Shown: piece by piece, positions 40,064 to 53,100 of the stretch
Layout of the letters: each line of letters begins with the position of its first letter
Position numbering within the stretch: the first letter of the stretch is position 1
Assembly: GCF_001194135.2 (NCBI RefSeq)
Contig: NC_069008.1
Location: forward strand, 17,159,312-17,223,311
DNA from: Octopus bimaculoides
Taxonomy: Eukaryota
Length of the DNA: 64,000 nt
Direction: 5' to 3'
Program-made: the position numbers and the translations under genes
The notes under the pieces: generated by a model
What the model was told of the DNA's origin: nothing
Database searches by the model: none
What the model saw: the letters and a program-made list of their open reading frames with translations, nothing else

Positions 40064-40586
40064 NNNNNNNNNNNNNNNNNNNNNNNNNNNNNNNNNNNNN
40101 NNNNNNNNNNNNNNNNNNNNNNNNNNNNNNNNNNNNNNNNNNNNNNNNNNNNNNNNNNNNNNNNNNNNNNNNNNNNNNNNNNNNNNNNNNNNNNNNNNNN
40201 NNNNNNNNNNNNNNNNNNNNNNNNNNNNNNNNNNNNNNNNNNNNNNNNNNNNNNNNNNNNNNNNNNNNNNNNNNNNNNNNNNNNNNNNNNNNNNNNNNNN
40301 NNNNNNNNNNNNNNNNNNNNNNNNNNNNNNNNNNNNNNNNNNNNNNNNNNNNNNNNNNNNNNNNNNNNNNNNNNNNNNNNNNNNNNNNNNNNNNNNNNNN
40401 NNNNNNNNNNNNNNNNNNNTTGTAGGTTACAAGCCAGAATAGATTATACTGAAATAATATGGTATACGTTAATTCCAGATATTATATATATATATATATA
40501 TTAAAAAATACTGGAAATGCACGACTTTTGGGTCTGCTACAGGCAATATATGTTTTTTATGGGGTTTGGGGGCCGCCCCGGGCGGT

Positions 40587-40621
<35 letters not shown>

Positions 40622-42071
40622 AAGCCCGTCGCATATATGTATATATATATATTTAGCTGTGTATATGTGTGTGTGTGTGTGTATCTTTCTGTCTGTATTT
40701 GTCGTACTACCACCGCTTGACAACCAGTGCTGGTGTGTTTACGTCTCTGTAAAGGTAGCAGTTCGGCAAAACGGGGACGATATAATAAGTACCAGGCTCT
40801 TAAAATGTGTAGGGAAGCGTGATACATTCGACTAAAAATTCATCAGGGCGATGTACAAGCATGGCCGCAGACTAATGAATGGGAACAAACAATGGCCGTA
40901 ATGACTATATAATACTGTACACTTAGAATAGTCTACTCATTCTATTGAGAGATATACGAGTGCAGACTATTCTTTTATTCTTTTACTTGTTTCAGTCAGT
41001 TGACAGTGGCAATGCTGGAGCACCGCCTTTGAAGANNNNNNNNNNNNNNNNNNNNNNNNNNNNNNNNNNNNNNNNNNNNNNNNNNNNNNNNNNNNNNNNN
41101 NNNNNNNNNNNNNNNNNNNNNNNNNNNNNNNNNNNNNNNNNNNNNNNNNNNNNNNNNNNNNNNNNNNNNNNNNNNNNNNNNNNNNNNNNNNNNNNNNNNN
41201 NNNNNNNNNNNNNNNNNNNNNNNNNNNNNNNNNNNNNNNNNNNNNNNNNNNNNNNNNNNNNNNNNNNNNNNNNNNNNNNNNNNNNNNNNNNNNNNNNNNN
41301 NNNNNNNNNNNNNNNNNNNNNNNNNNNNNNNNNNNNNNNNNNNNNNNNNNNNNNNNNNNNNNNNNNNNNNNNNNNNNNNNNNNNNNNNNNNNNNNNNNNN
41401 NNNNNNNNNNNNNNNNNNNNNNNNNNNNNNNNNNNNNNNNNNNNNNNNNNNNNNNNNNNNNNNNNNNNNNNNNNNNNNNNNNNNNNNNNNNNNNNNNNNN
41501 NNNNNNNNNNNNNNNNNNNNNNNNNNNNNNNNNNNNNNNNNNNNNNNNNNNNNNNNNNNNNNNNNNNNNNNNNNNNNNNNNNNNNNNNNNNNNNNNNNNN
41601 NNNNNNNNNNNNNNNNNNNNNNNNNNNNNNNNNNNNNNNNNNNNNNNNNNNNNNNNNNNNNNNNNNNNNNNNNNNNNNNNNNNNNNNNNNNNNNNNNNNN
41701 NNNNNNNNNNNNNNNNNNNNNNNNNNNNNNNNNNNNNNNNNNNNNNNNNNNNNNNNNNNNNNNNNNNNNNNNNNNNNNNNNNNNNNNNNNNNNNNNNNNN
41801 NNNNNNNNNNNNNNNNNNNNNNNNNNNNNNNNNNNNNNNNNNNNNNNNNNNNNNNNNNNNNNNNNNNNNNNNNNNNNNNNNNNNNNNNNNNNNNNNNNNN
41901 NNNNNNNNNNNNNNNNNNNNNNNNNNNNNNNNNNNNNNNNNNNNNNNNNNNNNNNNNNNNNNNNNNNNNNNNNNNNNNNNNNNNNNNNNNNNNATATATA
42001 GATATAGATATATATATATATATACATATATATACACACACACACACATATATATATATATACATATATAT

Positions 42072-42106
<35 letters not shown>

Positions 42107-42504
42107 GTTCCAGGTTCAGTCCTACTGCTTGGCATCTTGGGCAAGTATCTTCTACTATGGCCTCAAGCCGACCAAAGCCTTCTGAGTGGATTTGCTAGAC
42201 GGAAGCTGAAAGAAGCCTTCATATATATATACATATATCATCATCATCGTTTAACATCCGTTTTCCATGCTAGCATGGGTTGGACGATTTGACTGAGGAC
42301 TGGCGAATCAAATGGCTGCACCAGACTCCAATCTCCTCTGGCAGAGTTTCTACAGCTGGATGCCTTTCCTAACGCCAGCCACTCCGAGAGTGGTTGGCGT
42401 TTACGTGCCACCAGCAAAAGGGCCAGTCTGGCAGTAGTGGCAACGGTCACGCTCAAATGTTTTGTTCACGTGCCAGTAAGGTGATGCTGGTAACGATCAC
42501 ACTC

Positions 42505-43083
42505 AAATGGTGATATATCTCTTTCAGTTTATGTGGAACCCAAATATTGAGCTTCTTAACGAGTCCAAGATATTTTAAGTGATTTTCAATTGTTGTGTGT
42601 GATACATTTAACCTCTCTGCAATCTCTCGCACAGTTATATGACAATCAGATTCAATTATGGCCTTCATTCAGTCGTCATCGACTTCAATAGGTCGATCAA
42701 AATGTTGGTCATCTTTGAGCAAACAATCTCCAGAACGGAATATTTAAAATCATTTCTGACATGTGCGTTCAGTTAAGCAATCAACACCATAAACTTCACA
42801 TATCTCTTTCTGAGCCTCAGTAACTTTCTTGCCTTTATGGAAAAGAAAAACACACACACACACACAACAAAATATGGCAAAAATGTTTGTTTTTGCACTC
42901 CATGTTAAAAGTGATACTAAACTAACAGCTGTGAACAAAATTACGCGCAAATTGCTTCTAAAGTAAGCTAAAAGTAACGGCTATCAAATGTCAAAAAGGA
43001 CAAAAAATCATAACATTGACAAAAGTTATTAAAAAAACCGTAACTCTATTTGCGAAAAACGAAATTACTTTCTTGCCAACCTA
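42505..43083 (-). mobile_element. Left half of an Hsmar1/mariner-like element, frameshifted transposase pseudogene
   Basis: TIR ctaggttggcaagaaagtaatttcg; MECKNKHFCHILL from 42903; HKGKKVTEAQKEICEVYG; KAIIESDCHITVREIAERLNVSHTTIENHLKYLGLVKKLNIWVPHKL (WVPH motif); truncated against a SINE. Confidence 0.88.
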
Positions 43084-43120
<37 letters not shown>

Positions 43121-43295
43121 CATGTCTGTGTGTATATATATGTATGTTGTATGCATGTATGCGTGTGTGTTATTGATAACACACACAGCTTTGGCCAGGA
43201 GGAACTGATGTTATCAGACGGTATCCAACCATCATCGGTTGTTTCGGGCATGAATCGTCACTGCGTTCCATAGGCTGGTCAGTAGAGGTGACCAA

Positions 43296-43908
43296 ATTAC
43301 TGCCCATCATCTCCTCCTGGGTCCCAGCTTAACTCCTTCTCTCTTGCGCATTTATGCTTTAATAAGCACTAAGTGACTCTTTTTGCATCCTCTCCCCCAA
43401 CCTGCGCAGTCACCCTTCGCTCTTTTTCTTCTCATTCCAATGTATGTATGTATGTACGTACGTATGTATGCACACACACACACACACACTCACGTGTGTG
43501 TTTATGTATTATAAATATGTTTGTGTGTAAATATATGTATGTATATATGCATATGTATATTATTTATATTATATATATATTTGTATGACGTATGATACAT
43601 TAATACATACATACAAATATATATATATATATAATATAAATAATATACATATGCATATATACATACATATATTTACACACAAACATATTTATAATACATA
43701 AACACACACGTGTGTGTGTGTGTGTGTGTGTGCATACATACGTACGTACATACATACATACATTGGAATGAGAAGAAAAAGAGCGAAGGGTGACTGCGCA
43801 GGTTGGGGGGAGAGGATGCAAAAAGAGTCTCTTAGTGCTTATTAAAGCATAAATGCGCAAGAGAGAAGGAGTTAAGCTGGGACCCAGGAGGAGATGATGG
43901 GCAGTAAT
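43296..43908. repeat. Near-perfect inverted duplication, arms ~292-299 bp, 22-nt spacer
   Basis: Arm 43296-43587 is the reverse complement of 43610-43908, with about 2 substitutions and microsatellite length slips. Confidence 0.92.
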
Positions 43909-44240
43909 ATATAGTTATATACATGTATGTATGTGTGTACACATATATATGAATGTATGTATATATATATATGTGTGTGTGTGCTTAAATTCGTATATTT
44001 ATATTTCTTTACATTGTTTATATATATATACAAACACACATGTTTACAATATTTATTCGCACACATAGAAACACACACATATATTAATAGATACACTATA
44101 CACACCATACATTTGAACCAATAAAATATATAAACACTGACACGTTTACACACATTCTAATATTTTTTTTTTACTTTCATTCTAATGTTTTTCCTGTTTT
44201 TTTTTCTGTTTACATTTTTAGAGTTGGGTATAAGGCAGAG

Positions 44241-44865
44241 GTAAGTGGCTATTAGCTAGAACCCAGCTCATTGATGAAAAAGGGGGTGAGTAGGACAGGG
44301 GTAACTGGCTATTAGCTAGAACAGAGCTCATTGATGAAGGAAATGGGGCAGGGCAGAGGTTACTGGCTATTAGCTAGGATAGAGCTCATTAATTAATTAA
44401 GACTAGGGGAGGGGAGAGGTACCAGGCTATTATCTAGAACAGAGCTCATTGATGAAGGAAGGGTAGGGAAGGGTAGAAGTAACTGGCTATTATCTAGAAC
44501 AGAACTCATTGATTAAGGAAGGGTAGGGAAACGTTGAGGCAACTGGCATTTAGATAGAACAGAGCTCATTGATTGAGGGGAAATTGATAGAGCAAAGGCA
44601 ACTGGCTGTTAACTAGAACAGAGCTCATTCATTAAGGAGAGACAAATAAAGTAACTGGCTATCTGCTAGAACAGAGCTTACTGATGAAGGAAGGAGAAGG
44701 AAGATCAGCTGTAACTGGCTAATAGTTAGAACGGAGCTCATTGATGAAGGATGAGGGAAGGAAGGCTAGAAGTAACTGGCTATTTGCTAGAACGGAGCTC
44801 ATTGATTTAGGGAGGATAGATGGAGCATATGTAACTGGCTAATATGTAGAACAGAGCTCATTGAG
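44241..44865. repeat. 11-unit ~60-bp array with a conserved core and variable purine-rich spacers
   Basis: Core GTAACTGGCTATTAGCTAGAACAGAGCTCATTGATGAAGG starts at 44241, 44301, 44359, 44419, 44479, 44539, 44598, 44651, 44711, 44772, 44831. Confidence 0.9.
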
Positions 44866-45312
44866 GTAAAGATGTTGCAGCCGACACATCACATGGTTTG
44901 TTGGGGAGAGAGAGAGAGAAAGAAAGAAAGTCCAGGAGTCAGACGATAACTTATCTCGGAGTCTAATATTAGTCGTTCTGTCATTGTTTTGTTTCTAATC
45001 GTAAACAAGGAAATAAAGGAAGAAAGAGATTAAAAAATATATTTATTTACATGGATATTCTGACAACCAGTTCTTGTGCTTCGTGTTTTTCCGGAGAAGA
45101 AGTAAAACAAAAAAAGAAAACCACAACAGATATTGATCTATTGATTTGATATTTTTTTATTCTTTTTTTATATTTTGGATTTTATATAGTATATTTTTTT
45201 AAATCATCGCGATGCCAAATAAATGATTGTTTCGATAATTAAAAGAAAAAAAGGGATAATAATAATAGAACGATAACGGAGTAACCCCTAAAAACATAAA
45301 CGGGTCTTGAGG

Positions 45313-45437
45313 ATGGCTGAAGCAAGGAGTGCTGTGGCACAACCGAGGGTGGACCTCGACGAAGATGCAAAATACCCGAGCAGAGATGTATTCAGGGTAT
45401 GGAGAAGAATACTTATCAAGCGCTTCTTTAGGACGAG
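45313..45437 (+). CDS. CPT1: CPT1 exon 1 ([16 protein letters not shown])
   Basis: ATG in a CpG-rich island; gtgagt donor, phase 2 matches exon 2. Confidence 0.85.
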
Positions 45438-47057
45438 GTGAGTAATTAATCTCAATGTTTACATATAACCTTCCATCGTTCTCCGTTTCTTTTCGGCCAT
45501 CCTCCTCCTCTCCACCTTTCTCACCCCCCTCCGCCTCTTCTATGTTTGTTTATGGTTCGGTTTCGTTTCGTTTCTTTTTATATGTTATTTGGCCATGACG
45601 TTTTGTTGTTGTTTTGCGTGTTTTTTTAAAAATATATTATTCACTCGCGATTCTTTATTTGTTTCTCCACGTAAACATCTCGCCAAACAAACGAGGCAGC
45701 CCGTACGTGGTCGCTAGGCCTGCTAGACATAGCTATCAAACCTTCCTCGAATCACGCCGTACAGATTGATATTATGTCCCTGGATTGTCTTGCATATAGA
45801 AAAGCAGACGGGACGGTCACATTTGGGATTAGTTTCATCCTATATATCGATAAAGGCCGATTTAGGGTTGAACAACGGCACATTTACTTTATTATTATAT
45901 CATATCATTATATAAATATATGTATGTATAATAAAAGGCGCAGGAGTAGCTGTGTGGTAAGGAGCTTGCTTATCAACCACATGGTTCTGGGTTCAGTCCC
46001 ACTGCGTGACACCTTGGGCAAGTGTCTTCTACTATAGCCTCGAGCGCCGAGGCTATATATACATATATACTTTCAGTTTCCGTCTACCAAATCCATCCAC
46101 AAGGCTTTGGTCGGCTCGAGGCTATAGCGAAAGACACTTATGCATGTATATGTTTGTGTGTCTGTTTTTGTCCCACCACCACCACCACCACCATCGCATG
46201 ACAACCGATGTTGGTGTGTTTACGTCCCCGAAACATAGTGGTTCGGCAAAATAGACCGATAGAATGAGTACTAGGCTTACAAAGAATAAGTCGTGGGGTC
46301 GATTTGTTCGACTAAAAGGCGTTGCTACAGCATGGCCGCAGTCAAATGACTGAAACAAGTAAAAGAGAGTAAAAGAATTCATACACACAGACCTGTGGGG
46401 TTGTTTCTGCTACATTTTATGTCCTATCAGTCCAAAGAAAACAGAGGGTGCAGATACAATGACAAACAGGGTACGAATATATAGTCTATGTAAAAGTTTT
46501 TCTGATTTCTGCTGGTGGACTGCATCGCTGCTGGGACAGCTCAATCGGATGTGCCTTTAACGTTCCACTGGCACGAGTGCCACTCGGGCAGTACTGTCAT
46601 CGGCCATGTCAGCGATATATATATATATATGTGTGTGTGTTTGTATATGTGTGTGTATGTATAAATAATTGAGATTCGGTTGAATTAGGTACTTAAGTTG
46701 AAGCATCAAATCAGTGCAGTATTACCTGTACAACTCAGAGTAAATACATATAAAATCAAAATAAGCAACAGGATATCAAGTAGTGATGCAGTACGACCGT
46801 TTCAAGTGGATCCATTTAATGGAACAATGCAGTCATTACATCAATTTAAATGCAGGGGCTATCCTCAGTTGCATTGAATAAAATTATATTAATGTGTCTG
46901 ATTGAGAATTCTATTTATTTATTTATGCAGTTGAGGATAGCCCTGCATTTAAATTGATGTAATGATTGCATTGTTCAATTAAATGGGGTCGCTTGAAATG
47001 ATTGTACTGCATCACCTCTGGATATCCTGTTGCTTATTTTGATTTTATGTGTGCGTG

Positions 47058-47135
<78 letters not shown>

Positions 47136-50100
47136 CTGTCTTATTCCAAGTTTCTCCAGTGACACCCTGATCACAACCAAAGAGAAACCTGTCAAAGGCC
47201 TTCTCCACGTCAACGAATTCTCTGTCTGACACTCCATTATCTATCTATCTATCTACCTACCTATCTATCTATCTATCCATCAGTTCATATGTTTATCTAT
47301 ATCTGTCTACCCATCTATCTGTCTATCTATCTATCCGTCTATCTATTTATCTATGTCTCTCTCTCTCACACTTTCTATTTCTGTCTGTCTAACCATTCAA
47401 CCATCCAAACATCCACACATCCATCCATCTCTCTCTCTCTTCCTGTCTGCCTGCCTGTCTGCCTATGTTTACTAATAAAAAAAACTACACACCACATGAT
47501 GGAATGTCATTAACTAGGTCTCTCTATACATTGTCATATGATCTACCTCCCCCCCAAAAAAACACACACACACACACACAGGCCTTCCTGTTCAGCATGC
47601 TCTATTAAAGACATGAGGGTGTTCTAGTTCTTAACTCTTTTATTGGTCTGTATTCTACCATTTACTTGTTTCAGTCATTTGTCTGTGGCCACGCTGGGGC
47701 ATCGCCTTGAAGAATTCCAGTTTCGAATGAGTCAACCCGAGTTCTTATTTGTTAAGTTTGGTACTCATTCTGTCGGTGTCTGTTGCGAAACCGCTAAGTC
47801 ATGGGGGTCGTAAACACACTAACCTAGAGCAGTAGGGGACAAACAGACACAGACACATATACACACACACACACAGATATATATATATATGACAGGCTTC
47901 TTTTCAGTTTCCGTCTACAAAATACACTGACAAGGACTTGGTTGGCCTGAGGCTTTAGTAAAAACACCTGCTCAATATGCTACGCAGTGGGACTGAACCC
48001 AGACTCATGTGCTTGGGAAGCAAGCTTCTTACCACACAACCACAGATTATCTGGTTTGTGTCATGGTGCCTTTTTTTTATGTGCTTGCTCCCCCTAACTT
48101 TACAACATGGCTACGCTACTTCTTGTATGTAATGCTGATCCTCTAAATCAGTACTATTCAAAGTGGTGGTCCATGGACCAGTGCCGGTCTGCAGGGTACG
48201 GGGCGAGTTTCCAGAAAAGAAAAAAACATTTTAAAATGCTTATAAAATGCTTATGTAATATTGTTTTATTTGTTTACAAAATAAATATAAGATAAAAAAA
48301 AATTGTCAATTTTTATTATGTTCATTATACATGTGTCTTTACATTCTGAATTCAAATTCCGCTGAGGTTAACATTGTCCTTCATCCTTTCGGGATCGATA
48401 AATTAAGTACCAGTTACGTACTGAGGTTGCTCTAATCAACTGGGTCCCCCTCCCCCAAAATTTTGGACTTTGTGCCTAGAGTAGAAAAGATTATATATAT
48501 TGTTTCTGGTATAAATTAATATTACTAAGAAATATTACTGGTCCCTGGCACATTGGAAAAAAAAACTATCGGGGCGCCACATCAGATAGTTTGAGAAGCA
48601 CTGCTCTAAATAACATAATTCATTCGTTCCGATGATCTTCTGATTCTGCTATTAATCATCAATAACCAAATTTTCTCATCTCTTTTTTTTTTCTTCCTAG
48701 AAATTTAATTTATAATGGTTTATGGCCAACGTCGGCGTGGAACTTGGGAATACTCATGGTGGGTCTGCTGACCCTTCTCCTTGCTCAGGACAGTCACACT
48801 TCGTTACCCAGCAGTTTCCTGTGGAGACTGGCCGACTATTTAAATTTACCGACAGGTAAGTGTTGTTGCTGCTATTGCTGGTGCAGTTGCCAAGGGGAAC
48901 TAACAAACACACATACACACAGATACATATGTATGCATATATATCCAAAACGTATATGAACACCAATTTCTCCATGTGATTGACTTGAAAATCGTTAAGA
49001 TATTTTCTTAACATGAAACCAATGGTACCCTTAATACACAAATAAAGCAGCTTTATCCACCAATACATTTTCCTGACTTAAAACACTCCTTCCCATTTTA
49101 TCTTGTCTTTTTGCAGATCTCAATTATGGACTGTCCGAGCTAATCCTGGCCCTCATTGTCGGAGTTTTCTTCTTCATCGTTCAGCTTTATTTTCGACGTT
49201 ATCTCCTTCGGCTCCTCCTCTCCTATCGGGGATGGATGTGTAAGTCTCGGAATATTTGACTCTTTTTTGCTTTTGTTTCTTCTTTTTTTTTGTTTTGTTT
49301 TTGTATTACTCTCTCACACCTCCTACCACCACCAGTGTTGCCATCATCACCACGACAACCATCATCATCACCACCACTGCCGTCATCATCACCCTCACCA
49401 CCAATACCACCACCACCACCACCACCACCACTACTACTTCCACTGCTACCATCAATACTAATACTACCACCACCACCACATCACCTTAAAATAGAACCAC
49501 TTTTACAGCCTGGATCACAGACCTCAAAGACTAAAGGATCATCTCTAAGAGAAAGAAAAGAGGTAGAGATGGTGGCGATGGTGGTGGTGGTTTTAGGTGT
49601 CCTGAAGGAATTCTGCCATTGTTGGACTCTCAACAAAGTGACAAAGATGAATCCACAACACAACAGGATAACAAAAACTAAACAAACAAACAAACAACCG
49701 CCTGGTCATTGTGAAATATTTTGTGAAAATGATGATATTTTGACAAAATGTCAAAGAATAAAAAAAATAATGGAGCGAAAGGATTTCACTTGCAGAAATG
49801 CTTGGAAAAAAATATGGGGAATATTTTAGAAGTTTGTCTAAAGAATTCAAAATTTTGTAAGCCACAAACGTAGCTACATCATCACCATCATTATCAATAT
49901 CGTCATTTTCATCATCACCATCATCGTCGTCGTCATCATCACCACCACCACACTACTTTTGTACTGTGCAAACATGTATAACCTGACTAGCTTGTCTTGC
50001 ATGCTGTGTGTTTCTAAGCAATCTCTCAGACTCAAATATGTAACATGGCTGGTCTTTGCTGCCAAAAAATGGGAAAGGAAGCTGGTCTTTGAGAAAACAT

Positions 50101-53100
50101 GAGAAAGGTGACAGGAATATAAACGTAAAGCTCCACAATGCTTCACTTGACAGTGTCTGTTGTGCAGTTGGCCTTCAGATCCCAGATATAGTTGGCTAAC
50201 TCTGTGGCTTTCTTCTTATCCACATGCTGGAGAGAAGACTTATAATCCCCAAAGGACACATTGGTGGCCAGTTATAGTTACAGTACCTTTAAGTGTCAGT
50301 CTGTTCAGGCAAGATTTTCTCTGGACTAAACAACAATGACATCGACACAGCAACAACTGCAACAATATTTCCCATGATCCACTTGTTCTTTAATTTGTTC
50401 ATGTGGATTTTTTTTCTCTTTCAGATGAGATGCCACGTTCTCAGGGACTACAGACGAAATCGTGGGGCATGTTAGTTAGGCTGGTGAGTGGTCACTCGCC
50501 CCTTCTCTATAACTGTCAGCAGAGTCTCCCTCGACTGCCCGTGCCAGCTTTAAACGACACTCTGGATAAGTTTATCAAGTCAATCATTCCACTGTACGGG
50601 GAAGACTCGGACAAGGTTAGAGATTTGCGGGAACAAGCCAAGGTAAGGAAACCACAATCATCATCATCATCATCAGCAGCATCACCGTCATCATCATTAC
50701 TATAGTCATTGTCGTCATCACCGCAGCATTCATAATCGTCATCACGATCACTATCATTGTCACAACTGTCATCATCGTCATCATCATCATCATCTTCGTC
50801 ATCATCACCATTACATCATCATCATTGTCACCATTATCATCATAATCATCATCACCATCGTTGTCATCATCAACATCATGACCATCATCATCATCATCAT
50901 TATCATCATCATCATCATCACAAACATATATATATATATACATCCACATGATAGGCTTCTTTCAGTTTCTTTTTACTGAACTCGATCCCTCACAAGACAT
51001 TCTCGGCCCAGGGCTACAGTAGTAAGATACTTGCCCAAGGTGCCATGCAGAGGGACTGAACCTAGAACCATGTGGTTCAGTACCAAGGTTCTCAACCACA
51101 CAGTCATCCCTATACCTCTAGATATTATTGTAGATATGTTTTTTCTCAAGCTTTCTTCCATTTTCTTTCTTTTTCAGAAATTTGCCCAATTCCCTGGTCC
51201 AAAGCTTCAACAAATTTTGGTCCTAAAATCTTGGTGGACCCCTAACTGGGTAACAGATTGGTGGTAAGTGATACCTTATGTTGTTGCTTAGTTACAGGTG
51301 AACACCCGCAATTGTTCCATCTTCTGATCAGACGTGGCCCGCTTAGTTGAGACCTTCATTTTGGTATTCTATCATTTGGAGGACATAAAAGCAGTGAGTT
51401 CAAATTCCACTCAGGTCGACTTTGCCTTTCATCCTTTCAGGGTCGATAAATTAAGTACCAGTGAAACACTGGAGTCGATCTAATCAACTGGCTCCCTCCC
51501 CCACAACTTTCAAACCTTGTGCCTATAGTAGAAGGGATTATTTGGAGGACCTAAGAAGGCAAAATGGCTGAATTGTTTGTGCAATGAACAAAATGCCTTG
51601 TGGTATTTACTCATTCTTTATGTTCTGAGTTCAAATTCCACCGAGGCTCACCCTTTCGGTATCAGATGATACTTAATCCACCCCCTGTGTATATGGTGTG
51701 TGTGTGCTTGTGTGTGTGTGTTTATGTGTGTGAGTGAAAAAAACCCACCATCATCATCATCATTTAACGTCCGTTGTTCATGCTGGCATGGGTTGGACAG
51801 TTTGACCTGAGATAGTAAGCTGAGGGGCTGCGCCAGATTCCAGTCTGATTTGACATAGTTTCTACGGCTGGATGCCCTTCCTAATGCCACCCACTCCAAG
51901 AGCATAATGAGTGCTTTTACATGTCACCAGCACAGGTGCCACTTGTGTGTCACCAGTGTCCACCACGACTACGATTTCACTTGGCTTGATGGGTCTTCTT
52001 CTCAAGCACGACATATTGTCAACGGTCTCAGTCATTTGTCATATTTTATTTATTCAAATGTCCTCTCATAATGAACGACATTTTAATTTTTCAATACCTG
52101 CTGCCTACCCTGTCTTTAAACAATGAACTCACCTCGTACATTAACTCCAATCTCTTTCCATTTCCGTCTTGCAAACAGGGAGAAGTACATCTACCTCATG
52201 GGCCGCAATCCCCTGGCCATTAACAGTAATTATTACACGTTGGACCACTCTGTGTGGAAACCCACAGAAAAACAGGTTGTGAGGTAAGTCCACCTTGGTT
52301 CCTCTTGAAACGTGGGAGCTTTCAGATGATAAACTTAGTGGTTTGGTAAAAGAGACCAATAGAGTATGTACCAGGCTTAAAAACGTAAATACTGGGGGGT
52401 TCGATACATTCTTGAAACCAGTGCCCCAACATGGCCACAGTCTAAGTAAAATATAAAACAATTAATATCGTACTCTTAATTCCAGGGCTGCTGCGACGCT
52501 GCATGAATTCATGGTCTTTAAACAGAAGCTAGACAGGGAGGAGATCAAGCCTCTCCTCATACGTAACACTATACCAATATGTATGAGCCAATATGAACGC
52601 CTCTTTGCTACCACCAGGTAAATATGGCTTTCTTTCTGCTTTTGTCATTAATACACTTTCTGAAACTTTGCACAGGCCTCTGAGCAGGTATCACCATGAC
52701 AACTTTCTCTGTCATGGTCAATGCGATGATCACACGCTACACATCTTCCTTCCAAGCACTGCTGTAAACAGCGGAAGTGAGCTGGAACGTTAAAACTTAG
52801 TGCACATGCACAGCAGAGTTGAAGGTCAATCTGAAAGTGTGATGGCGTTGGGGCTGGTGTCTTGGTTTGTTGAAGCAACCTCCTCCTCCTCCTCCTCGTC
52901 GCCACCGCCGCCGCCACCTTGTGCCTAGAGTAAAAAAGAATANNNNNNNNNNCGCCGCCGCCACCTTGTGCCTAGAGTAAAAAAGAATATATATGTGTGT
53001 GTGCACACGCATGCATGTGTGCATGTAAGCGTGCACACGCGTGTGTCTAAATTATATCTTCCTGTAATCTTAAACATTTTGCTGTTTGCATTTTTCAGGA

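Noticed and set aside
44241-44865. CRISPR array interpretation of the repeat-spacer block, and TTGATGAAGG as a hammerhead or C-box motif
   Set aside because: Animal intron-containing DNA, no cas genes, degenerate repeats and low-complexity spacers; no stem II/GAAA and no D box.
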